Source: an uncultured delta proteobacterium
Lineage (GTDB): Bacteria; Desulfobacterota; Binatia; Binatales; Binataceae
Assembly (NCBI GenBank): GCA_963808235.1
Contig: CAWEEQ010000004.1
Span: forward strand, 2,016,001 to 2,080,000
Direction: 5' to 3'
DNA length: 64,000 nucleotides
This document shows positions 11,898 through 21,658 of the stretch, in pieces (position 1 is the stretch's first letter; each line of letters starts with the position of its first letter). The translations under genes were made by a program, and so were the position numbers. The notes under the pieces are model-generated. The model made no database searches, was not told where the DNA came from, and saw only the letters and a list, made by a program, of their open reading frames with translations.

Positions 11898-12186
11898 GTG
11901 GCACAGGCGTCCCAGCCCGTGATTGTTGACCAGACCTCGCGCAAGATCTCGGACTCACGCCGATCAATCATCCTGACCTGCGCTCGCGATGCGAGCGCAG
12001 CGGAAGGACCTCGGACTTCACGCCGATTCCGTCATCCCGACCGAAGCTCGCAATGCGAGCGCAGTGGAGGGACCTCGGACAGCTTCGCGTACGCGAAGCC
12101 GGTTCCGGTTCCTAGTCGCCGCATCCAATCTTGTCGTCCTGAACGAAGTAAAATGCCCGGAGCCTGCCCTGAGTATTCCCGAAGGG
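11898..12186. repeat. Cluster of REP-like palindromes
   Basis: GTGGCACAGGCGTCCCAGCCCGTG; two related TCATCC...GCTCGC.ATGCGAGCGCAG.GGA.GGACCTCGGAC units (~11968-12018, ~12031-12080); GAGCCTGCCCTGAG...CGAAGGG at 12160-12186. Confidence 0.75.
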
Positions 12187-12348
12187 CGAAGCGATGCTCT
12201 TGCGCCAACCGATCCGCGCGCGGTGAACCGCTTTGGCCGCGAGGCGACATTGGCGGACCCATCGGTTAAGGTTTTGAGTCTCTGAGTGTGAAACCACTAC
12301 CCTGAAACTCGGGTTAGCGTACATTCAACTCAGAAACGCAGAGGGAAC

Positions 12349-12513
12349 ATGCAGATCACGCTTGGAACCAAAGAGCAAGAAATTATGAATTTCTTGCACG
12401 AGCGCATATTCGATCCGATACTTCAATCTCAATCGGCTTCCGAAAACCTGAAGCAAGGCGTCCGCCTCTCCAGTAACCTAACGGGCGAGGTAACTCACAC
12501 CCACCCCTTCTAA
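12349..12513 (+). pseudogene. Probable truncated gene fragment (54 codons)
   Basis: GAGGG RBS then MQITLGTKEQEIMNFLHERIFDPILQSQSASENLKQGVRL..., AT-richer, ends 6 bp before a REP. Confidence 0.5.
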
Positions 12514-12571
12514 CAGGCGCCCTTCGGCTTCGCTCAGGGTAAACTCCGCGCCGCATTTTTCATTTAACACT

Positions 12572-12626
12572 GGGTGCAGGGGTCACCCCTGCCGAAGGAA
12601 GTGTGAAACCCAGCGCGGGTTTCACA
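12572..12626 (+). repeat. Third GCAGGGGTCACCCCTGC hairpin plus a 10-bp stem-loop
   Basis: GGGTGCAGGGGTCACCCCTGCCG 12572-12594; TGTGAAACCC-AGCGC-GGGTTTCACA 12602-12626. Confidence 0.8.
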
Positions 12627-13069
12627 TTAAAATTAAGCTCCTCTCTTTCACCTCAGTGCCATTAGCAACGCGAATCTACCGGATCGCCACGAAAGTTCAG
12701 GGATGAACTGTTCAGCCTTACCCAAACCGAGACCCGGTGGCATTCTTCACGATGTGTGGCTTGATGCCACCAATCCGCGTCGTCAGACCTGTGATGTTGC
12801 CAAAGCGAATGCAGACTTTAAGAGAAACCCGAAGAGAACCACGCAGAGAACTAGGAAAGACTTCGGCTCGCGTACCGGCGCCGCAGCTACATCCGGCAAC
12901 GAATTGTCCCCACGACGCTCATTCACGATTCCGGATGGAAAGCGCTGGCGCACAAGGGGTTGCAGATGCGCCAAGCGCCGATCGCGCCAAGATGGCAAGT
13001 AACGGCAAGGAGGCCGTTTCTGCCCCAAAACCTGGGATCCCTTTTTCTTCGTCCAAGTCGATCGGGCGT

Positions 13070-14134
13070 TCAGCTCGTCGTGTATTGGCCCACGATCGCG
13101 TAGAACGGCAGGATGATCGTCGCCTGGTCCGGGTCGTCGGTCTTGATCGTCAATTGACCGTGGAGCTGGCCGTCGGGAGTGCCGCGCCGGAGCATCACGG
13201 TCAGCTTGTATTCTTTGCCCGCTGCGACCGGCTCCGCCGATGCGACCACGGACGGAGTGCTGCTCTTCACGTCGAGCACTTTCACCGGATGAGCCCCCGC
13301 GTTGCTGAGCTTCACGAGGCGCACGATATCCTGACCGCGCGGAACGAGCCCGAACGAAACCTGCACCGGATCGACATTCAAGTCGCCGGTCACGGTGCCG
13401 AACACGTCGACATTCAGCGGCACCCGATTGGTCGTCACTTTGATCGTATCGTCGAACGCCCCGAGCGGCATCGTCTTCAGCAACGAGACTTTGAGCAGCG
13501 CACCCGGCTTTCCGTCGGTGCGCTTTTCCTGAACCACCTTGATCGAGGAGTTCGAGTTGCTGATCGGGCCGACCTGGAACGGTCCGTTGCCCATCAGATC
13601 GTTGATCACAATCTCCTTGGTGCCCTCGCTGCCCTTGCGCACGGTGCCGAACGAGACTTCGTTGGGCGACGCTTCGACCTGCTTCTTGATGACGCCCTGC
13701 ATCGTCATCGTGACGTCGGCATTCTTGGGATCGTTGGTGAAGGCGGTGATCGTGCGGACCTGATGCCCCTTCTGAAAGCGGGTGTCGAAGGAGACCGTTA
13801 TCTGGCTGTCGTCGCCGGGCGCAACATGCGACTTCGACGGGCTGCCGATCGTACAGCCGCACGAGGTTTTGACGCCGCGGATATCCAGGTAGCCCTGGCC
13901 GGCGTTCTTGATCGTGAAGACGTGATGGACCGTCGTGCCTTCGAGCGCGGTGCCGAAGTCGTAGAGCGGAACCGCGACGACTGCCTTGGGCGCGTGTCCC
14001 GCAGGGGCGGCGTCGCCGCCAGGAATCATCGGATTGATCCCATCTTCCGCGAACGTCGGCGCGGCGAGGGGCATCAGCGCAAACAGAGCAATCGCAAGCA
14101 CAGCAAATATGAGTGCGGTAGTTAGTCGTCGCAT
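13070..14134 (-). CDS. Exported DUF1573 / Ig-like repeat protein
   Basis: Signal peptide ending TFA, YDFG..., VKTSCGCT motif, three beta-rich repeats starting P..VSFG. Confidence 0.85.
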   Translation of the reverse strand: MRRLTTALIFAVLAIALFALMPLAAPTFAEDGINPMIPGGDAAPAGHAPKAVVAVPLYDFGTALEGTTVHHVFTIKNAGQGYLDIRGVKTSCGCTIGSPSKSHVAPGDDSQITVSFDTRFQKGHQVRTITAFTNDPKNADVTMTMQGVIKKQVEASPNEVSFGTVRKGSEGTKEIVINDLMGNGPFQVGPISNSNSSIKVVQEKRTDGKPGALLKVSLLKTMPLGAFDDTIKVTTNRVPLNVDVFGTVTGDLNVDPVQVSFGLVPRGQDIVRLVKLSNAGAHPVKVLDVKSSTPSVVASAEPVAAGKEYKLTVMLRRGTPDGQLHGQLTIKTDDPDQATIILPFYAIVGQYTTS

Positions 14135-14224
14135 TTGTCTAGATTGAGTACACCTTCAGGTTTCAGTTCGACGATGTTGGCGCGCGGCCACCTACACTAT
14201 CAAGCATGGCGCGGAGCGTTGCGG

Positions 14225-15616
14225 TCAAGAGGCTTTGCTGATCGGCGATGCGGCCGCGGGATGGGCTTCTCTTTCCTTCGGCTCATAGCGGCGCAGGAAG
14301 TCGGTCGCGAACTCGCCGCGATTGAAATCGGGATCGTGCAGAATCTTCAGATGCAACGGGATGTTGGTCTTGATGCCGTCGATCACGTACTCGCGCAGCG
14401 CCGCCTTGGCGCGTGCGATCACCTCGGGCCGGGTCTCGGCGTGCACGATCAGTTTTGCGATCAGCGGATCGTACTGCACCGGCACGCGGTAGCCGTCGTA
14501 GAGCGCGGTCTCGACGCGAACCCCGAGTCCCCCGGGCGTATGATGATTGCTCACGACGCCGGGCGACGGAATGCCGCGCTCGGGATCCTCGGCGTAGATG
14601 CGGAATTCCATCGAGGCGCCCTTGAACGTCACCTGCCGCTGCTTCAGCGCGAGCGGCTCGCCCATCGCCATCGCGATACTTTCCTTCACCAGATCGACTC
14701 CGGTGACCATCTCGGTCACGCCGTGCTCGACCTGGATCCGGGTATTCATTTCGATGAAGTAAAACTCGCCGCCTGGCGCGAGCAGGAATTCGACCGTGCC
14801 GACGTTCGAGTAGCCGACCACGTTCGCGGCGCGAACCGCCGCCTTGCCCATCTTCTCGCGCAGCCGCGCGGTCAGAATCGGACACGGAGATTCCTCGATC
14901 ACTTTCTGATGGCGGCGCTGAATCGAACAGTCGCGTTCGCCAAGATGAATCGCCTGGCGATGATTGTCGGCAAGAATCTGAAACTCCACGTGGCGCGCGC
15001 GCTCGAGATATTTTTCGAGATACATCTTGCGCGAGCTGAACGACGACTCGGATTCCCCCTGCGCCAGCGCGAACAAATGCGCCAACTCGTTCGCGTCGCG
15101 CACGATGCGCATACCTTTGCCGCCGCCACCGGCCGCCGCCTTGATCAAGACCGGGTAGCCCAATCGTTTCGCGTCAACCTGCGCCTCGCGAAGCTCCGTC
15201 ACGCCAGTGCCCTCACTGCCGGGCAGCACGGGAACTCCGGCGCGCTTCATGATGCGGCGGGCGCGCGGCTTGTCGCCCATCAATCTTATGTGACGCGCGC
15301 GCGGACCGACGAAGCTCAGCCCCGAGCGCTGGCACGCTTCGGCGAAGTCACCGTTTTCCGAAAGGAAGCCGTAGCCGGGATGGACCGCGTCAGCGCCGAA
15401 GGTGGTCGCGGCGCTCAGAATCGCCGGGATGTTGAGATAGCTGTCTTCCGCGGCGGGCGGCCCGATACATACGGATTCATCCGCCATGCGGACGTGCAGG
15501 GCGTCTTTGTCGGCGGTCGAAAATACCGCGACTGTCGAGATTCCCAACTCGCGGCATGCACGGATAATGCGGATGGCGATTGTGCCGCGATTCGCTACCA
15601 GCAGTTTCTTGAACAT
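14225..15616 (-). CDS. accC: Acetyl-CoA carboxylase biotin carboxylase subunit
   Basis: LVANRG, HPGYGFLSEN, GGGGKGMR, ERDCSIQRRHQK, EMNTRIQVEH. Confidence 0.97.
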   Translation of the reverse strand: MFKKLLVANRGTIAIRIIRACRELGISTVAVFSTADKDALHVRMADESVCIGPPAAEDSYLNIPAILSAATTFGADAVHPGYGFLSENGDFAEACQRSGLSFVGPRARHIRLMGDKPRARRIMKRAGVPVLPGSEGTGVTELREAQVDAKRLGYPVLIKAAAGGGGKGMRIVRDANELAHLFALAQGESESSFSSRKMYLEKYLERARHVEFQILADNHRQAIHLGERDCSIQRRHQKVIEESPCPILTARLREKMGKAAVRAANVVGYSNVGTVEFLLAPGGEFYFIEMNTRIQVEHGVTEMVTGVDLVKESIAMAMGEPLALKQRQVTFKGASMEFRIYAEDPERGIPSPGVVSNHHTPGGLGVRVETALYDGYRVPVQYDPLIAKLIVHAETRPEVIARAKAALREYVIDGIKTNIPLHLKILHDPDFNRGEFATDFLRRYEPKEREAHPAAASPISKAS

Positions 15617-15625
15617 CGACTTTCT

Positions 15626-16117
15626 CTACGCCACTTCGATTATCATCAGCGGCTGGCCGTATTCGATCGGGTTGCCGTTCTCGGCGAGGATTCGGATCAC
15701 CCGTCCGGCCGCGGGCGACTCGATCTCATTCATCATCTTCATCGCTTCGATTATGCAAAGCGGCTGGCCCTTGCGAATCGAGCTTCCCTCTTCGACGAAC
15801 GGAGCGGCGTCGGGCGATGCGGCCCGATAGAAAGTGCCGACCATCGGGCTTTCGATCAACTTCTGATTCGGCTCGAGATCGATCTTGCCGGCAGCCTTCG
15901 CTCCGTCCTCAGTGGTCGCCTCGACGTGCCGCGAGGCCATCTTGATCGAGGTGGCCACTCGCGCCGGCATGTGCTCGGCGGAGGAGGTCTCTTCAAACGA
16001 CGCGCGCGCGCCGCCGCGCACCAGGCGCACCTTGCCCTTCTTGTCCTCGATCTCGAGTTCCACGAGCCCGTAGTCTCGCATGAGGACAAGCAGGGTTTTG
16101 ATTTCGCGAACTTCCAT
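15626..16117 (-). CDS. accB: Biotin carboxyl carrier protein
   Basis: [13 protein letters not shown] biotinylation motif; GGAG before ATG 16117. Confidence 0.96.
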   Translation of the reverse strand: MEVREIKTLLVLMRDYGLVELEIEDKKGKVRLVRGGARASFEETSSAEHMPARVATSIKMASRHVEATTEDGAKAAGKIDLEPNQKLIESPMVGTFYRAASPDAAPFVEEGSSIRKGQPLCIIEAMKMMNEIESPAAGRVIRILAENGNPIEYGQPLMIIEVA

Positions 16118-16180
16118 CTGGTCTCCGTGCTTTCTGAGGATGCCGGATCGCCGGGTTGCCTGATCGCTGCTGGACATCGG

Positions 16181-16699
16181 TTAGTCGCTCCGTCGCCGCG
16201 AAGATTCGACGAGCGTGCGCGCCGCCCGGAGCGCAAGGCTGTAGCTCTCTGCGCCAAAGCCCATGATCCGGCCGTGCGCAACATCCGCGATTGTCGAATG
16301 ATGACGAAATGCCTCACGCCGATACACGTTGGACAGATGGACCTCGATCACCGGGATATCGACCGCCAGGATCGCATCGCGAATCGCGACGCTGGTATGC
16401 GTGTAGGCGCCGGGATTCAACAGCAATACGTCGGTGTTGCCGCGCGCTTTCTGGATTCGATCTACGATAGCGCCCTCGCCGTTGGACTGGAACGTCTCGA
16501 CTTTCATTTCCAGCTCGCGTCCCAAAGCTTTAAGTTCCTTGTCGATATCCTTGAGGCGGGTGCGGCCGTAAACTTCGGGCTCGCGCTCTCCGAGCAGATT
16601 GAGATTGGGTCCGTGAACCACGAGCACCGCGATCGGATTGCTCGCGCCTGTTTTTCGGGGCCGGCCAGCCGACTGCGGGTCAATCGCCCTCTTCACCAT
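16181..16699 (-). CDS. aroQ: Type II 3-dehydroquinate dehydratase
   Basis: HGPNLNLLGEREPEVYG, NPGAYTHTS, EVHLSN; start approximate. Confidence 0.96.
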   Translation of the reverse strand: MVKRAIDPQSAGRPRKTGASNPIAVLVVHGPNLNLLGEREPEVYGRTRLKDIDKELKALGRELEMKVETFQSNGEGAIVDRIQKARGNTDVLLLNPGAYTHTSVAIRDAILAVDIPVIEVHLSNVYRREAFRHHSTIADVAHGRIMGFGAESYSLALRAARTLVESSRRRSD

Positions 16700-16777
16700 C
16701 CCCACACTGCTCCTATTGGTCATTGAACCGCACCGGTAATGCGACTGCAAGCGGGCAAGTACACGAGCGTCCACCGC

Positions 16778-17677
16778 TTAGTCATCGGCGGAATCGTCAT
16801 CTTCGCGCGATTTAAGGACGTTCTGATAGACTTCGCGACGCCCACGGCCGGTCAATCTAGCCACGACTGCGCTCGCTTGCTTCAGACTGAGGCCCGCCTC
16901 GCGCAGGGCTTCAACCGCGATTCGGACTTCAACGGTGACTGGCGCGTCGTCGCTCGCGGTCGGAGTTGTGGCGGTCAGACCCTCGACGATAATCGTAATT
17001 TCGCCGAGCGCGGGCTTCGCGCCAAAGCGGCGTTCGAGATCGGAGAGCGTCCCGCGAACTGTCTCCTCGTAGGTCTTGGAAATTTCGCGGACCACCGCGG
17101 CCGACCTCGAATCGCCGAAGGCAGAGACCATTGCAGCGAGGGTATCGGCGAGGCGGCGCGGGGCCTCATAGAAGATCATCGTGCGCGCTTCGTCGCGAAG
17201 ATCGTCCAAAGCGCGGCGCCTCGGCGCGTCGCGGGCCGGCAAAAATCCTTCGAAGGTGAATCGATTGGTGGGAAGGCCCGAGACCGAGAGCGCCGCGATC
17301 GCAGCCGATGCTCCCGGAATCGCGACAACGCGGATGCCGGCTTCCAGAGCGGCGCGCACGATGCGGAAGCCGGGGTCGGAAATCGCGGGAGTGCCCGCAT
17401 CGGTGACCAGCGCGATCTTCCCGCCCGCGACCATGCGCTCGATCAGTTCAGGCACACGCCGTTCCTCGTTATGCTCAAAATAACTGATCGTCGGGGTGCG
17501 AATCTGATGGCTCGCGAGCATCTGACCGGTGCGCCGAGTGTCTTCGCATGCGATCAAATCGGCGTCGGTGAGAGTGCGAATCGCGCGGGCGGAAATGTCG
17601 TCGGGATTACCAATTGGAGTTGCGACTACATACAACACGCCGGGCTCGGTAGTTTGTGAATTTGAGTGCCGGGACAT
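16778..17677 (-). CDS. rsmI: 16S rRNA (cytidine1402-2'-O)-methyltransferase
   Basis: LYVVATPIGN, CEDTR, DAGTPAISDPG, FYEAPRR. Confidence 0.96.
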   Translation of the reverse strand: MSRHSNSQTTEPGVLYVVATPIGNPDDISARAIRTLTDADLIACEDTRRTGQMLASHQIRTPTISYFEHNEERRVPELIERMVAGGKIALVTDAGTPAISDPGFRIVRAALEAGIRVVAIPGASAAIAALSVSGLPTNRFTFEGFLPARDAPRRRALDDLRDEARTMIFYEAPRRLADTLAAMVSAFGDSRSAAVVREISKTYEETVRGTLSDLERRFGAKPALGEITIIVEGLTATTPTASDDAPVTVEVRIAVEALREAGLSLKQASAVVARLTGRGRREVYQNVLKSREDDDSADD

Positions 17678-17689
17678 TAGAATAGCTAG

Positions 17690-18592
17690 TTGGAGCCGAT
17701 AGTCACTATTGACGATGGAGCGAGACTGGTGGCCGAAGGCAAAGCGACTCTACTCATTTCATGCATCGATCGTCCGGGTATAATCGCCCGCGTCGCCGGC
17801 CATCTGTTTGACCTGGGCTGCAATATTATCACGTCCGACCAATACTCCGACGACGAAGACGGACATTTCTTCTGGCGAATTCATTTCGAGAGCCTGCGCC
17901 TGCCGATCGCCGAGTTCTCGAAGGAGCTCGACGCCTCGATACTTTCGCTGATGCCGTGGGAGCATTTGAGCTGGCATCTTTTTGACGTGGCCAAGCGGGA
18001 TCGCGTGGTCGTGATGGCATCGCGGCTGCCTCATTGCATGATCGATCTGCTGAGCCGCCATCATGTTGGCGAACTCGACGGCGATATCGTGGGCGTCATC
18101 AGCAATCATCCGGACCTCGAATCGCTGGCGCGCCCATTCGAGGTGCCGTTCACCGTGATTCCGGTGTTGAAGGATCGGAAATCGGAAGCCGAGACTGCGC
18201 TCTTGAAGCGGCTACATGAACTCGATGCGGACACGATCGTGCTCGCGCGCTACATGCAGGTCTTGTCGGGGGAATTTCTGCGCGCGTGGACCAAGCCGAT
18301 CGTGAACATTCATCACAGTTTTCTGCCGGCTTTCGCCGGTCAGCGGCCGCATAAGCAGGCGCACGATCGCGGCGTGAAGCTGATCGGGGCGACCGCACAC
18401 TACGTGACCGAGGAACTCGACGCGGGACCGATAATCGCGCAAGCGACCGCACCGATGACGCATCGCGACACCGTCGCCGACCTCGCGCGCAAGGGCAAGG
18501 ATCTCGAAGTGATGGTATTGGCAAAGGCAGTGCGCGCGCACCTCAAGAAGCAGGTGCTGCTCCATCACAACCGCACGATCGTGTTCGAATGA
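17690..18592 (+). CDS. purU: Formyltetrahydrofolate deformylase
   Basis: ACT domain (C.DRPGII), LARYMQVLS, NIHHSFLPAF, GVKLIGATAHYVT..LDAGPII. Confidence 0.96.
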   Translation: MEPIVTIDDGARLVAEGKATLLISCIDRPGIIARVAGHLFDLGCNIITSDQYSDDEDGHFFWRIHFESLRLPIAEFSKELDASILSLMPWEHLSWHLFDVAKRDRVVVMASRLPHCMIDLLSRHHVGELDGDIVGVISNHPDLESLARPFEVPFTVIPVLKDRKSEAETALLKRLHELDADTIVLARYMQVLSGEFLRAWTKPIVNIHHSFLPAFAGQRPHKQAHDRGVKLIGATAHYVTEELDAGPIIAQATAPMTHRDTVADLARKGKDLEVMVLAKAVRAHLKKQVLLHHNRTIVFE

Positions 18593-18624
18593 AGCTCGTT
18601 AACTGGTTAACTGGTTAACGACGC

Positions 18625-20112
18625 TCAGGCCGGGCCGGTGAAGAAGTTGAGCGAGCGGTTGGCGAACTCGATGATCGGCGACCAGTAGAGTCCGAACACG
18701 ATCGTCGCGCAGGCGAGCACTCCCATCAAGCCGTAATTCCACGCCTCGAAGCGGACCGTGCCTTCGTCGCCACGCGGCTGCTCGAAGAACATCATTCGAA
18801 TCGGTTTCAGATAGTAATACAGCGATACCACCGAATTGAGTATTCCGACAATAGCCAGTATGTAGAACTGGCCGCGGATCACCGCGGCAAACAGGTAAAA
18901 CTTGCCAATGAATCCAATAGTCAGAGGAATACCAGTTAGCGAGAAGAGGAAGATAGTCAGTGCGACCGCGGGGACTATACCTCCGCGCCACGCAAGCCCG
19001 CGATAAGCGTCAATGTCCTCACGGCCCGTGGAGTTTGCCACGATCATGACGACCAGAAAAGCGCCCGCGTCCATTACATAGTACGCGAACAAGTAGAACA
19101 GCATCGCGCGGATGCCATCGTTAGACAGAACGACGAATCCCATTAGTGCGTATCCAGCCTGCGCGATACTGGAATAGGCCAGCAGCCGCTTCATATTGGT
19201 CTGTTGAAGGGCGGCCAGGTTTCCGAGCGTCATCGTGATGATGCAAACGAAGAGCAGCAACTGCGGCCAATCGACACCGACCAACGCAGTCCAACTCCCG
19301 CCCACGGCAAGATGCGAAATGGCCGGAAAGAAAAAGCGCGTCAGCAGCGCAAAGCCGGCGGCCTTGGAACCGATCGCGAGGAAGGTAGTGATCGGAATCG
19401 GGGCGCCGGTGTAAACGTCGGGCGCCCACATGTGGAACGGCACCGACGAAACTTTGTAACCCATACCGGTCAGGATCAGCACTAACGCGATGAACAACGT
19501 GAGCACCGGCAGATGGCCGGGCGTCGACAGCGCCTTATTGATCACGGTGAAATCGAGCGAGCCGGTGAGTCCGAATATCCAGCTCATGCCGTAGATCATG
19601 GTGCCCGATGCGACTCCGCCATAGATCAAGTACTTGAGCGCGGCTTCGAGCGAGCGCCGGTTGTGACGCAAAAATCCGGTCAGGATGTAGGAGGTCAGGC
19701 TGACGAACTCGAGCGCGAGATACGCCATCAGCAGATTCGCCGATTCCGCCATGAGAAACATCGCGAACGTGCTTGCGAGCAGAATCGCGTAGTACTCGCC
19801 CTGATCGCAGCTATGCACTTCCTCCGAGCCGATCGACATCCAGACTGCGATGACGGCTGCGAGCGCGATCAACGCGCGGAAATAAATCGCGAACGAATCG
19901 AACACCAACATCCGATGGAATAGCCAGGCGCCAGAAAGCACCGGCTCGAGGTTAATAGCCAGTAGCGATGCGGCCGCGGTAGCCAGTGCGAGGCCGCCGA
20001 GTCGGGCTTTGTCGCGAACGATCAGATCGATGATCACGATGGCCAAAATACCCGCCACCAGGATCAACTCCGGAATGAAGTGACTCAGACTCGCGAAATT
20101 TCCAAGGTCCAT
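18625..20112 (-). CDS. nuoN: NADH-quinone oxidoreductase subunit N
   Basis: EAALKY, KVSSVPFHMWAPDVYTGAP, KRLLAYSSI. Confidence 0.96.
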   Translation of the reverse strand: MDLGNFASLSHFIPELILVAGILAIVIIDLIVRDKARLGGLALATAAASLLAINLEPVLSGAWLFHRMLVFDSFAIYFRALIALAAVIAVWMSIGSEEVHSCDQGEYYAILLASTFAMFLMAESANLLMAYLALEFVSLTSYILTGFLRHNRRSLEAALKYLIYGGVASGTMIYGMSWIFGLTGSLDFTVINKALSTPGHLPVLTLFIALVLILTGMGYKVSSVPFHMWAPDVYTGAPIPITTFLAIGSKAAGFALLTRFFFPAISHLAVGGSWTALVGVDWPQLLLFVCIITMTLGNLAALQQTNMKRLLAYSSIAQAGYALMGFVVLSNDGIRAMLFYLFAYYVMDAGAFLVVMIVANSTGREDIDAYRGLAWRGGIVPAVALTIFLFSLTGIPLTIGFIGKFYLFAAVIRGQFYILAIVGILNSVVSLYYYLKPIRMMFFEQPRGDEGTVRFEAWNYGLMGVLACATIVFGLYWSPIIEFANRSLNFFTGPA

Positions 20113-20133
20113 CTGATTTCGTCTCGAGCCGGC

Positions 20134-21633
20134 TCAGCGAATCATCGCGACCGCTGCGTTCGAACTCGACAGCACGACCTGATTGAGATGAACCAGCGAA
20201 GTGTTGAGCAGACTGAGAACCGCGTGCGGGTAGACTCCGAGTATCAGTACGATTACACCGAGCGGGACCAGCGTGAACGCCTCGCGGAAGCTGAGATCCG
20301 AAAAGCCATTGTATTTTTCGTTCAACGGGCCGAGGTAGATTCGTTGGAACGTCCAGAGCAGGTAGGCGGCGGTTAGAATCGCGGTCGCGGCGGCGAACAC
20401 CGTCATCAGAGGATGCGTTTGCCACGCGCCGAGCAGCACCAGCACTTCGGATATGAACGCGGACATGCCGGGCAGGCCCATCCCGGCAAAGAAAGCGAAC
20501 CCGGTAATCGCGGTATAGATCGGCATCTGCTGCGCGAGTCCGCCGAAGCCGTTGATCTCGCGATGATGCGCGCGATCGTAGATCACGCCGACCAGGATGA
20601 AGAGCATCGCCGTGATCGTGCCGTGGTTGAACATCTGGAGAACCGCGCCGTTGATCCCGGCCGCAGTGAACGACGCGAGCCCGAGCATCACGTAACCCAT
20701 GTGGCTGATCGACGAGTATGCGATGAGCTTCTTATAGTCAGTCTGCGCCATCGCGCACATCGCGCCATATACTATGTTGATAGTCCCGATGACACCCAGA
20801 AATAGCCACGCGAGCTGGTAACTGGCTAATGGCAAAACGGAAAAATTGACGCGCAGAATACCGTAGGTGCCCATCTTGAGGAGCACACCGGCCAGGATCA
20901 CTGAGATTGCGGTGGGTGCTTCGACGTGGGCGTCGGGCAACCAGGTATGAAACGGGAAAGCCGGAATCTTGATTGCGAAGCCGATGAACAAGGCGATCCA
21001 GACTATGCGCTGGAATCCAATCGAGTAATGGCTGGAGTTCGCGGCAAGCTCGGTCAAGTCAAAAGTCGGAGTCGCTCCATAGTAATACAACCCAAGCATC
21101 GCAAGCAGAATGAGTACCGAGCCGAGCAGCGTGTAGAGGAAGAACTTTATGGCTGCATACTCGCGGCGCGGGCCGCCCCAGATGCCGATGAGAAAGTACA
21201 TCGGCAGCAGCATGACTTCCCAGAAAATATAGAAGAGAAAGAAATCGAGCGACACGAAGACGCCCATCATGCCGGTGTCGAGCATGAGGAGCATCGCGTA
21301 GTAACCTTTTTCCGCGCGGTTGATCCCGAAGCTCGCGAACACGGAAACGAACATGATGATCGCCGTCAGCAGCACCATCGAGATGCTGATACCGTCAACG
21401 CCCATGAAGTAGTTGATGTGGTACGTGGGCATCCAAGATGTTTTCTCGGCGAACTGAACGGCGCTGGTCGTGGTGTCGAAGTGCTCGTACAGGTAAAGCG
21501 CGATCGCGAGCTGCGGCACGGTGGCTGCGGCGGCAATCCACTTGAATGTGGCTTTGCTGGCGTCGGGCAGCGCCAGGATCAGCACCATCCCAACGATCGG
21601 AACGAAGGTTATCAGCGTAAGCAGGTGACTCAT
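20134..21633 (-). CDS. nuoM: NADH-quinone oxidoreductase subunit M
   Basis: FWEVMLLPMY, PFHTWLPDAHVEAPT, LLKMGTYG. Confidence 0.96.
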   Translation of the reverse strand: MSHLLTLITFVPIVGMVLILALPDASKATFKWIAAAATVPQLAIALYLYEHFDTTTSAVQFAEKTSWMPTYHINYFMGVDGISISMVLLTAIIMFVSVFASFGINRAEKGYYAMLLMLDTGMMGVFVSLDFFLFYIFWEVMLLPMYFLIGIWGGPRREYAAIKFFLYTLLGSVLILLAMLGLYYYGATPTFDLTELAANSSHYSIGFQRIVWIALFIGFAIKIPAFPFHTWLPDAHVEAPTAISVILAGVLLKMGTYGILRVNFSVLPLASYQLAWLFLGVIGTINIVYGAMCAMAQTDYKKLIAYSSISHMGYVMLGLASFTAAGINGAVLQMFNHGTITAMLFILVGVIYDRAHHREINGFGGLAQQMPIYTAITGFAFFAGMGLPGMSAFISEVLVLLGAWQTHPLMTVFAAATAILTAAYLLWTFQRIYLGPLNEKYNGFSDLSFREAFTLVPLGVIVLILGVYPHAVLSLLNTSLVHLNQVVLSSSNAAVAMIR

Positions 21634-21658
21634 CTCAGTTTCGCTCTTCTCATTTGCG

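Noticed and set aside
11898-12626. Repeats as a possible CRISPR array
   Set aside because: Repeats are heterogeneous and irregularly spaced, and no cas genes are present
14135-16726. 863-aa + strand ORF
   Set aside because: Antisense shadow of accC-accB-aroQ
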